NCBI GenBank assembly: GCA_037046685.1
Contig: JBAOGZ010000020.1
Coordinates: forward strand, 188,046 to 252,045
Source: Chitinophagaceae bacterium
GTDB lineage: Bacteria; Bacteroidota; Bacteroidia; Chitinophagales; Chitinophagaceae
Direction of reading: 5' to 3'
Length of the DNA: 64,000 nt
Shown here: piece after piece, positions 55,971 to 64,000 of the stretch
How the letters are laid out: each line of letters starts with the position of its first letter
How positions within the stretch are numbered: position 1 is the first letter of the stretch
Notes under the pieces: generated by a model
Databases searched by the model: none
Seen by the model: the letters and a program-made list of their open reading frames with translations, nothing else
Told to the model about the DNA's origin: nothing
Program-made: the position numbers and the translations under genes

Positions 55971-56261
55971 CTAAAGTTCAATAACGCCATTTGTGCCGCC
56001 ATACATATTGGGCACTTCCCTGTCTGCATCATCATCATTGAGCCATTCGGCCTGATTTACCAGATATTTAAATTCGTGTGAAGAGCCTTTAGGAAGATTA
56101 GTTTCTGCAATAAACTTTCCATCTTTTCTTTTCTTCATTTTCAATGGCTTCTGCCAGTTATTATTGAGCCCAAAAATCTCAATACGTTCTGCATTGTCAG
56201 TACCAAAAGTGAATTTCACTTTGCAATAATCCTTTGTCTTATAAATGATCTTTTGCACCAT
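55971..56261 (-). CDS. CBM48 / isoamylase early-set (AMPK beta glycogen-binding-like) single-domain protein
   Basis: 96 aa. The pattern KVKFTF....AERIEIFGLNNNWQKPLKMKKRKDGKFIAETNLPKGSSHEFKYLVNQAEWLNDDDAD matches the E-set/CBM48 pattern (V.V.G.FN.W ... YKF.VDG.W..D). Confidence 0.65.
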   Translation of the reverse strand: MVQKIIYKTKDYCKVKFTFGTDNAERIEIFGLNNNWQKPLKMKKRKDGKFIAETNLPKGSSHEFKYLVNQAEWLNDDDADREVPNMYGGTNGVIEL

Positions 56262-56883
56262 AATCTTACATTTTTTTCCTTTTCAAAGGTGTTCGTAAAT
56301 ATCCGTTAGTGTCATACGGAAATGAACGCAAAATTACGATTTATATCCATTTTAAATTGTGTGAATTGCAATTAAAATTGAAATTGTATCGTTGAAAATT
56401 TGTCCAATCCTATTTAGAACCAAATATCCGGGTTATGAAACAGCCAATTTGTAATGATCAAGGCTATATAGCCGAGTCATTTTGCCTTGCAGAAAATTTT
56501 ACGCAACAAACCGCTCGTCTCGCTTATTTTAAAATCAGTTCTTATAAGTTGTCACTCATTAAATCTTCTTTTAAAAGAACAAAAGAGGAATTAGAGGGAA
56601 ATATTAAAAGCAACTTATTGAATTATACACAGCCCGGAATTATATTGGCTGATCTTGGTTTTTTTGGATCCGAATTCGAAAATTGATTTTAGAAACCCAG
56701 CCGTTCGAATGAGGAAGATTTATGGCACAACATCCGAATACAACTTTTTACTTTCAAAATGTAAATTACATTTCTCTTGTATATTGTTTATAGATTATGA
56801 GCAAGCGTGACGCACTTAAAATTTTTCATTCATCCTATGTTTGTATTATGAATAATAAATTTTATGTAAGTTTGAAAGAAAAC

Positions 56884-57744
56884 ATGAAAAGTGTCTCCTT
56901 TTTATTGGTTGCGGTAATATGCTCGCATTATTGTTTGGCCCAAAAGGGAAATAATGCCGGTCTCGGTAATTATGAGAAACCCCAAGAGTTAAAAAAGGTA
57001 TTGGAGCTTAAAATGCCCCTGACAGCCGATGATGAAAAACCGGGTACCCGTGGCGCTTCAGTGGTCTGGCATCCAGTTCAAAAAAAGTATTATGCCGCAA
57101 TGGCTGGAAACGTAGCTTACCCATTTGCAGTATTTGATACTAAAGGAAAAAGACTTTCTCCTGATACTTTAAAATGCAAACAAGATATCAGGGGGCTTTG
57201 GTACAACCCCATAACAAAGGCTATTGAAGGAAATGCATATGATGCAGGAGGATGGTTTAGATATACACTTGATAGTAAAGGCTTTATTGTAAGCGCCAAA
57301 GTTTTTAAAGAAGGTCAAAATCAACCTGGCGAACAATGCATAGGAGCATTTGACAGTAAAGCTAATAAAGTCCTATTTCTTTCTAATGATGGTGTCCATT
57401 TTTATGATATGAAAAATCCTGAATCAACCTCTGTTTTTGAGGTTAAATGGGAATCAAAGACTGAAGATGAATATATAGAATCTGATTTTTATGATATTAT
57501 AGAAGTACCGGAAGGTTATAATACCAGTACTGTTGTACATACCGGAATACCCGGGTCAGAATTGGGTTTTTTGTGTGTAGATTTTAAAGAGATTGGGCTT
57601 TATAGTATTAAAACCGGTTTACTTACAAAAACACTCAGATTGCCCATAGAGGCACCTGCCGAACTGACCTTCAATTTTGCTTATACTAATGGAATATACT
57701 GGCTTTTTGATATGGAGGCAAGAACCTGGTATGGTTACAAATAA
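56884..57744 (+). CDS. Hypothetical secreted protein
   Basis: The ATG at 56884 gives the signal peptide MKSVSFLLVAVICSHYCLAQ. The protein is 286 aa and beta-rich. I recognise no motif. Confidence 0.6.
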   Translation: MKSVSFLLVAVICSHYCLAQKGNNAGLGNYEKPQELKKVLELKMPLTADDEKPGTRGASVVWHPVQKKYYAAMAGNVAYPFAVFDTKGKRLSPDTLKCKQDIRGLWYNPITKAIEGNAYDAGGWFRYTLDSKGFIVSAKVFKEGQNQPGEQCIGAFDSKANKVLFLSNDGVHFYDMKNPESTSVFEVKWESKTEDEYIESDFYDIIEVPEGYNTSTVVHTGIPGSELGFLCVDFKEIGLYSIKTGLLTKTLRLPIEAPAELTFNFAYTNGIYWLFDMEARTWYGYK

Positions 57745-57767
57745 TTTTAAAAATATAGTTGGAAAAT

Positions 57768-57797
57768 GCGCCACCTGCCAGGGCGGATTTTTTTTTA
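57768..57797 (+). terminator. Possible terminator
   Basis: Short GC stem (cgcc / ggcg) followed by a T9 run. The stem is weak. Confidence 0.35.
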
Positions 57798-57959
57798 TTG
57801 AGTACTTAGAAAATTGAAAATTTCACACTCCAACTTTTTCTGAATTATCTTCTCCACATTCTCTTCACTATTCTGTGAATATCGAAAATCCATTGAACGG
57901 ACTGCTCTTTATTCGCTTATATTCGCAGGCGATTTATTTCCCAAATTAAATTAGAAACA

Positions 57960-60900
57960 GTGAGATTAAAAAGCTTAGAAATCAAGGGCTTTAAAAGTTT
58001 TGCCGACAAAACAATAGTAAATTTTGACGAAGGTGTTACTGGCATCATTGGCCCCAATGGTTGTGGCAAATCCAATATTGTTGACAGCATACGCTGGGTG
58101 ATAGGTGAACAAAAAATTAGTCATTTGCGAAGCGAAAATCTGGATAGTCTTGTTTTCAATGGCTCCAAAACCAGAAGCGCATCCGGTCTGGCAGAAGTGA
58201 GCCTCACTTTTGAAAATACAAAAAACCTTTTGCCAACCGAGTTCAGTACCGTTACCATTACCCGCAAGTTTTATAAAAGTGGCGAAAGTGAGTATCGCCT
58301 CAACGATGTACAATGCAGGTTGAAGGATATTCAAAACCTGTTTATGGACACAGGCGTAAGCACCGATAGTTATGCCATTATAGAACTGGGAATGGTGGAC
58401 GATTTGATAAAAGACAAAGACAATAGCCGCCGACGAATGTTGGAACAGGCTGCCGGTATCTCTATTTACAAAACTCGTAAAAAGGAGGCTAAGCTAAAAT
58501 TAGATGCTACAGAGCAGGATCTGGCAAGAATAGAAGACTTGCTTTTTGAAATCAACAATCAGCTTAAAGCTTTAGAGAGTCAGGCAAAAAAAGCGGAGAA
58601 ATATCACGAAATAAAAAAAGAATACCGTGAAGTAAGCATTGAATTGGCTAAGGCGTCGTTAGAAGGTTTTAATCTTTCATATACCGAACTGAATCAGCAG
58701 CAAGAAACTGAAACCGATAAGAAAATACAAATTGAAGCAACCATAGCCGCACTGGAAGCTGAGCTGGAAAAAGAAAAACTGGATTTTATTGAAAAAGAAA
58801 AAGAGTTGCAAGTAATGCAACATGCTTTCAACGATTTGCTGCAGGCTGTTCGTAGTCAGGAGAATGATAAAAACCTGGCAGCTCAAAGGCTTGAACACAT
58901 GACGGAAAAGGAAGGCAACTTAAAAGGTTTTTTAGAAAAGGCCTCAGGTCAGCTAAAGGGGATTGAGGAAAGTATTTCATTTACACAATCTCAATTGCAG
59001 GAAGAAAATCAGTCGTTGGCTGCACATAATGAAAAATTAGAAAGCCTGCGACAAGAGGTAGAAGCAAAGCGAAATGTATTGGACGAAAAAAGGCATCAGG
59101 TTGATGCCCTAAGAAGTGAATATCAGCAAATACAAAGAAATCAATTTGATGCCGAAAAAACAGTAGCTGTTGCCGATACTTCAGTAAGCAATCTACAAAG
59201 AACCATCCACCAGATAGAAGAGGACAGGGCACAAAGGGAAACACAAAAACAACATCTGGAAAGCGAAAGAGAATTGAAGGATAAGGAACTTTCTATAAAA
59301 AAAGTTGACCTGGAGCAGTTGCAACTGCATCATGATAATACAAAAGAACAGATACTGCAAACGCAGCAAGTACTGGACGGACTGCGCAATACACTGGCCG
59401 AAGAAAACAGAAAACTGGATGCCAAGAAGAATGAACACGATCTGCTGAAAAGTATGATTGATTCCATGGAAGGTTATCCTGATTCTGTAAAATTTTTGCA
59501 TAATAACAGTAACTGGAATCATCAGTCTCCCATTTTGTCGGATGTGCTCTATGTAAAAGAAGAATATCGTACGGCACTGGAAAATGTACTGGAGCCTTAC
59601 CTGAGTTACTATGTTGTAAATGATTTGCAGGAAGGATTGCAGGCGGTAAGATTATTGGATGAAAATAAAAAAGGCAAAGCAAATTTTTTCCTGCTCAATA
59701 AATTTGAAAACGTCGGAAATGAAACTGCAAACCATCAATTGGTAGGCGCCATACCTGCATTGAGTGTTGTAGAGGTAGATGTACGATATCGAAAAGCTGG
59801 CCGAGCATTTGTTGGGCAATGTGTTTATAGCTGATAGTGAAGATGCATTACAAAACAGCAATGGTTTTGTAGTAATAGAAAAAGGTGGCCGTTATGTAAA
59901 AGGTAAGTATTCGCTAACAGGAGGCAGTGTAGGCTTGTTTGAGGGTAAAAAAATTGGTCGTGTAAAAAATCTGGAAAAATTATTGGAAGAAGTAACCGCA
60001 CAAACCACCGTAGTAGAAGCTTTGCGCAGTGAAATTCAATCAAGACATAATGAAGTAATTGCTTTTAATGAAGACCTGCGTGAGACAACCATAAGAGACA
60101 CAGAAAAAGAAATACAGCAACTAACCAATGAGGTTTTTTCATTGCACAACAAACTGGAAAATATTCATTCTTTGCAAAACTCCAGTCAGCACCGGTTAGA
60201 AGATTTGGTAAAGCAAAGTCAGCAGGTGTTTGCTTCGGTGGCGGATGTAAGAAATCAGTTGGGTCATTTTAATGAGCAATTACAAGTAACTACAGCAAAG
60301 CTTACTGAAGCTGAAAGCGTATTTCGTGAAAGCGATCACTATTACAACGATGCCAACAGGCAGTACAATGAGTATAACCTGAATGTAACAAGGCAACAAA
60401 GTAAAATTAACGGGCTGAAGCAGGAACTGGATTTTAAAGGCAATCAGTTGCAGGATCTTAAATCGCAGATTGAAAGTAATAATAATCAGTTGCAGGAAAC
60501 TAGTGTGGACATACAGCAATCAGCACAGCATCTGCGTGAATTGGAGAATGGGTTGATTCAAAAAATGAAGGATAAAGAAGTTGAAGAGCAAAAACTGAAT
60601 GAAGCGGATCAAGTGTATTACAATTTTCGCAATCAGTTAAATGAAAAGGAGAGTGAGATAAGGCATAAAGTGAAAGACAAAGAGCAGGTAGAGCACATGC
60701 TGGCGGCCATAAAAGATAAATTGAATGAACTGAAGCTGCAGCTAGCCGGAATGAAAGAGCGGATGAATGTAGAGTTTAGAATTGATTTGGAAAGTATTTT
60801 GGGAGAGGCTCGCACCGGAGAAATTTCAGTAGAAGAGTTGCAGGAAAAAGCCGATCGTATGAAAAAGCGGTTAGAGAATTTGGGAGAAGTAAATCCCACG

Positions 60901-61488
60901 GCTATTGAGGCTTTTACCGAGATGAAAAAAAGATATGATTTTATTGTGGAGCAAAAAACAGATTTGGTAACAGCTAAAGACAGTCTGTTAATGACGATTG
61001 AAGAAGTAGAAGCCACTGCGAATCAGAAGTTTTTAGAAACCTTTCACTCTGTACGAGAAAATTTTCAAAAAGTATTTAAGACTTTGTTTACCGAAGATGA
61101 TCAGTGCGATTTGATATTGGAAAATCCGGATAACATTGCCGAAAGTGGCATAGATGTAATGGCTAAGCCAAAGGGCAAAAGACCAACATCACTAACACAG
61201 TTGAGCGGAGGAGAGCGAACCCTAACTGCAACGGCGCTCCTGTTTGCGATATACTTGATTAAGCCTGCACCCTTTTGTATACTGGATGAGGTAGATGCGC
61301 CGCTGGACGATGCCAACGTAAGTAAGTTCACGAATATGATTCGTCAGTTTAGTGAAAACTCACAGTTTATTATTGTAACTCACAATAAAACCACGATGAG
61401 TACGGTGGATATTATTTATGGTGTAACCATGCAGGAGCCGGGGGTTAGTAAATTAGTGCCGGTGGATTTCAGAAGTCTGGAGAATTAA
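57960..61488 (+). pseudogene. smc: Chromosome segregation protein SMC, reading frame broken by a 1-nt insertion in an A-run (59792-59795)
   Basis: ORF 57960-59834 has a GTG start (MRLKSLEIKGFKSF) and a Walker A motif (GPNGCGKSN). ORF 59779-61488 carries the signature motif LSGGE, a Walker B motif (FCILDEVDAPLDD) and long coiled coils. The two ORFs are offset by +1 and overlap by 56 nt. Joining at CGA AA(A) G CTG restores ...VEVDVRYRKLAEHLLGNVFIAD..., the usual hinge-proximal pattern. The restored length is ~1175 aa. Confidence 0.85.
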
Positions 61489-61787
61489 TTTACGGAGTAG
61501 TGTATTAAAAAAAATCTGGCAAAGCCGGGCTTTTTAAGTAGTTTCAGTATGAAATATAAAAAGAAACAACTACAACAAAAATTAATTAGAAAAGCTAACA
61601 CATACTACCCATAAAAAAGTATCAAAGAAATTAAATCACATCATTTTTTTTGACCTTGATTTCTATTCTAAAAAATCTTATTGATCACAAATTAATAATA
61701 TAAAAGCTAAAATAGGTTGGCCATAAACAGTATTAAGAATTTTTCAACCGTAAACCACTTTCAGTGTTGTCAAGTTACTGAAGCGTA

Positions 61788-61818
61788 CAAAAAAAGGCCG
61801 GGAACCTCCCGACCTTTT
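61788..61818 (-). terminator. Rho-independent terminator of mdh
   Basis: On the minus strand there is an 8-bp GC-rich stem (ggtcggga / tcccggcc, one G-U pair) with a 3-nt loop, followed by a U7 run. It lies 21 nt after the stop at 61839. Confidence 0.8.
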
Positions 61819-61838
61819 GAAATTGCTATTAATTAGTA

Positions 61839-62768
61839 TTAAAGTGTCTTCAATACTTCGTTCATGTTTCTTACAGCTTCGGCGCTTTTATTAAATGCAG
61901 CTTGCTCATCTGCATTCAATCCAAAGTCAAGAATTTTTTCCCAACCGTTTTTCCCAATGATAACGGGCACACCCAAACAGATATCCTTTTGTCCATATTC
62001 GCCATCAAGTGCCACACAGCAGGTAAACAACTTCTTCTCATCCCTTACAATAGCCTCGGCTAATGCAGCACCGGCTGCACCGGGCGCATACCAGGCAGAT
62101 GTGCCAATTAATTTTGTAAGCGTAGCACCACCTACCATTGTATCATTTACAATTTTTGTTTGTTGCTCTGCACTTAAAAAATTAGTTACCGGAACACTAT
62201 TCCAGGTTGCCTGGCGTATAAGAGGTATCATTGTAGTATCTCCATGTCCGCCTACTACTACCGCATTTAAATCGGCAGGGCTGCAGTTGAGGTGTTGGCT
62301 TAGCTGATATTTGAAACGGCTGCTGTCTAATGTGCCTCCCATTCCTATAATGCGATTTTTGGGTAACCCGGTTGCTGTAAGTGCCAGGTAAGTCATTGTA
62401 TCCATCGGATTGCTGATGACAATGATGATGGCATTGGGTGAATGTTTTAAAATATTTTCACACACCGTTTTTACAATTCCTGCATTCGTACCAATCAATT
62501 CTTCCCGTGTCATGCCCGGCTTGCGGGGAATACCGGATGTAATGATGACAACATCGCTACCGGCAGTTTTTGAATAATCATTGGTACTGCCTGTAATGCG
62601 AGTGTCAAAACCGAGTAAAGCGGCAGTTTGCATCATATCTTGTGCTTTACCTTCAGCCAGCCCTTCTTTAATATCTAATAATACAAGTTCGTTTGCCAGC
62701 TCTTTGCGGGCAATATTATCGGCACAAGTAGCCCCTACGGCACCGGCACCTACAACTGTAATTTTCAT
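61839..62768 (-). CDS. mdh: Malate dehydrogenase (LDH-like type)
   Basis: 309 aa. The N-terminus is MKITVVGAGAVGATCA. The substrate Arg context GIPRKPGMTREEL and the catalytic His region (GGHGDT) are present. Confidence 0.95.
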   Translation of the reverse strand: MKITVVGAGAVGATCADNIARKELANELVLLDIKEGLAEGKAQDMMQTAALLGFDTRITGSTNDYSKTAGSDVVIITSGIPRKPGMTREELIGTNAGIVKTVCENILKHSPNAIIIVISNPMDTMTYLALTATGLPKNRIIGMGGTLDSSRFKYQLSQHLNCSPADLNAVVVGGHGDTTMIPLIRQATWNSVPVTNFLSAEQQTKIVNDTMVGGATLTKLIGTSAWYAPGAAGAALAEAIVRDEKKLFTCCVALDGEYGQKDICLGVPVIIGKNGWEKILDFGLNADEQAAFNKSAEAVRNMNEVLKTL

Positions 62769-62807
62769 CAGTAAAAATTTATAAAATGAGGGATTATTTT
62801 AGCGCTG

Positions 62808-62815
62808 CAAAAATA
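62808..62815 (-). promoter_or_regulatory. -7 promoter box match on the minus strand (TATTTTTG, within TTATTTTTGCAG)
   Basis: The plus-strand sequence ctgcaaaaataa is the complement of TTATTTTTGCAG. It lies ~40 nt upstream of the mdh ATG (62768). Confidence 0.5.
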
Positions 62816-62829
62816 AGGATTAACCACCG

Positions 62830-63339
62830 TTAGTTTCCTTGTTTCTTCAATTCTGCTGCTACTTTATCAATAGGCATAGTACCTCGTGATACTGAAATCA
62901 GTTTTCCCTTCTTATCGTAGAATGCAATAAAAGGGAGGTTTCGTATTGCATAAAAGGAATAGAGAAAATACTGATCATCTTGTCCCAAAATGATATTGGA
63001 GTGAGTTGCAAGATTATATCGTTCTCTGAAGTTCATCATACTATCATAAGGCATTGATGTGGCCATTACAATAGTTGTATTTTTAAACCAATCCATATGT
63101 TTAAGCAGTTCATCAGTTTCGTGCTGGCAATGCTCGCATTGTGGATTAAAAACCATAAGCATCACAGGCTTTTTTGAAGGTAGGTCTTTTTTATAGAAAG
63201 CAGATTTATCGGGCAATACTAGGCGAACAGGCGGAAATACCGGCACTTTTTCATATGGAGCCTTTGCTGTATCTGTTTGCGAAAAAATTTTGGGAGCTAT
63301 TGAAATAAAAGCGATAACAAATAATAATGTCTTTTTCAT
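62830..63339 (-). CDS. Thioredoxin-fold (TlpA/redoxin-like) exported protein
   Basis: 169 aa with a signal peptide and a CxxC motif (NPQCEHCQ). Confidence 0.75.
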   Translation of the reverse strand: MKKTLLFVIAFISIAPKIFSQTDTAKAPYEKVPVFPPVRLVLPDKSAFYKKDLPSKKPVMLMVFNPQCEHCQHETDELLKHMDWFKNTTIVMATSMPYDSMMNFRERYNLATHSNIILGQDDQYFLYSFYAIRNLPFIAFYDKKGKLISVSRGTMPIDKVAAELKKQGN

Positions 63340-63454
63340 ACTTCAAAATAAAGCCTTTCGGTTCTTTTTAAGGCAAAAGACGGTTATACTTTTCATTAAG
63401 TTGTCATCCATTAACATTTCATTATTTCTCTTTTGTGAGAAAAGCGGCTCACCT

Positions 63455-63462
63455 TATCTTTG
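63455..63462 (+). promoter_or_regulatory. -7 promoter box match (TATCTTTG)
   Basis: TAnnTTTG match 20 nt upstream of the efp ATG at 63482. Confidence 0.45.
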
Positions 63463-63481
63463 CCGCCTCAAAAAAAACATT

Positions 63482-64000
63482 ATGGCAAATACATCAGATA
63501 TCAGCCGTGGCATGATACTTAACTTAGAAGGTAGCCTGTATAGTGTAGTAGAATTTGGCGAAAACAAAACCGCCAGAGCAGCAGCCAAAGTATGGGCGAA
63601 ACTAAAAGGTGTTGATAATAACCGTTCTATTGAAAAAACTTGGAATTCGGGCGACACCATTTTCCCGGTAAGAGTTGAAAGACGTTATTATCAGTTTCTT
63701 TATAAAGATGATACGGGTTATAACTTTATGGACAATGAAACATTTGAGCAAATAGCATTGCAGGAAGCTACCATTGATGCGCCTCAATATCTTAAAGAAG
63801 GACAGGAAGTAGGTGTGTTGATTAACACAGAAAACGATTCAGTACTGGGTGCCGAATTGCCTGATAAAATTGTATTACAAGTAACCTATACTGAGCCGGG
63901 TCTACGTGGCGATACGGCCACCCGCACTTTGAAGCCTGCTACTTTGGAGACAGGTGCTACATTAGGTGTACCACTCTTTGTAAATGAAGGAGAGTTGATT
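63482..64000 (+). CDS. efp: Elongation factor P, N-terminal ~173 codons; the 3' end lies outside the window
   Basis: Absent from the ORF track because no stop occurs before the window end. Hand translation gives MANTSDISRGMILNLEGSLYSVVEFGENKTARAAAKVWAKLKGVDNNRSIEKTWNSGDTIFPVRVERRYYQFLYKDDTGYNFMDNETFEQIAL...VTYTEPGLRGDTATRTLKPATLETGATLGVPLFVNEGELI, a typical EF-P. Confidence 0.9.
   Translation, partial: MANTSDISRGMILNLEGSLYSVVEFGENKTARAAAKVWAKLKGVDNNRSIEKTWNSGDTIFPVRVERRYYQFLYKDDTGYNFMDNETFEQIALQEATIDAPQYLKEGQEVGVLINTENDSVLGAELPDKIVLQVTYTEPGLRGDTATRTLKPATLETGATLGVPLFVNEGELI

Noticed and set aside
55892-56038. The N-terminal extension of the DUF3095 ORF (MMMMQTGKCPICMAAQ...) makes it 441 aa.
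   Set aside because: The extension overlaps the 3' end of the CBM48-like gene by 68 nt in another frame. The internal ATG at 55891 gives a non-overlapping gene of family-typical length.
56666-56679. GGATCCGAATTCGA (BamHI and EcoRI sites back to back) is identical to the start of a common expression-vector polylinker, raising the question of vector contamination.
   Set aside because: Only 14 nt match. The flanking sequence is AT-rich like the rest of the genome and does not continue into any polylinker I know. The segment is partly palindromic (CGAATTCG), so a chance occurrence is plausible. A vector screen such as UniVec would settle it.
56703-56710. The GTTCGAAT string resembles a tRNA T-loop.
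   Set aside because: The flanking bases cannot form a T-stem (agccg versus gagga are not complementary), and no acceptor or anticodon arms can be drawn.
59785-59800. The smc frame change could be a programmed ribosomal frameshift.
   Set aside because: There is no slippery heptamer plus downstream structure, and no precedent for SMC. A 1-nt homopolymer length error or mutation explains it fully.
61864-62307. A 147-aa plus-strand ORF lies antisense to mdh. Similar antisense ORFs occur in smc (57975-58334, 59193-59682, 60633-61016), susC (28948-29349), trxB (16486-16887) and the oxidoreductase (44578-44889).
   Set aside because: All lie fully inside genes with unambiguous family motifs on the opposite strand. 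The long antisense frames in smc are explained by its biased GAA/AAG/CAG coiled-coil codon usage.

Overview
This is a 64-kb chromosomal window from an AT-rich Bacteroidota genome. Gene content looks Chitinophagaceae/Sphingobacteriia-like: a SusC/SusD pair, a T9SS C-terminal sorting domain, a short sigma-A, and TAnnTTTG -7 boxes close to many start codons. I count about 55 densely packed protein genes.

Most are housekeeping: partial AMP nucleosidase, glutamate dehydrogenase, ccmBCD, ornithine aminotransferase, an arginine-decarboxylase-like enzyme, Hsp20, bacilliredoxin, lgt, rpoD, trxB, folB, glnS, pfkA-pyk, smc, mdh and partial efp.

Accessory or unusual content:
(i) A 1523-aa T9SS-secreted multidomain surface protein. 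It has an uncharacterised N-terminal domain and an HYR domain that appears split by a nested insert, and it is preceded by G8 and T8 homopolymers.
(ii) An ECF sigma / anti-sigma / SusC(STN) / SusD locus flanked by a GH20 hexosaminidase, an S15 peptidase, a glycosylasparaginase, CutC and a NagB-LmbE fusion. This is probably an N-glycopeptide/aminosugar utilisation locus.
(iii) A cluster centred on a NupG-type nucleoside permease. It carries a Gfo/Idh/MocA oxidoreductase, two xylose-isomerase-like TIM barrels, a lipoprotein cytochrome c and DUF1080. I read it as a candidate oxidative (3-keto type) glycoside/nucleoside or cyclitol pathway of unknown substrate.
(iv) A DUF3095 protein with class-III-cyclase-like motifs, in a same-strand run with a CBM48-like mini-protein, an ABM-fold protein and a tandem USP.

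Two genes are interrupted. The Gfo/Idh/MocA gene has one in-frame TGA, and smc has a 1-nt frameshift in an A-run. Either could be a real pseudogene or a sequence error.

I recognised no rRNA, tRNA, CRISPR array, transposase, integrase or prophage genes by eye. No similarity search or computation was run. Family calls rest on motifs visible in the translations and on recalled family knowledge. Short-motif coordinates were hand-indexed and may be off by a base or two.
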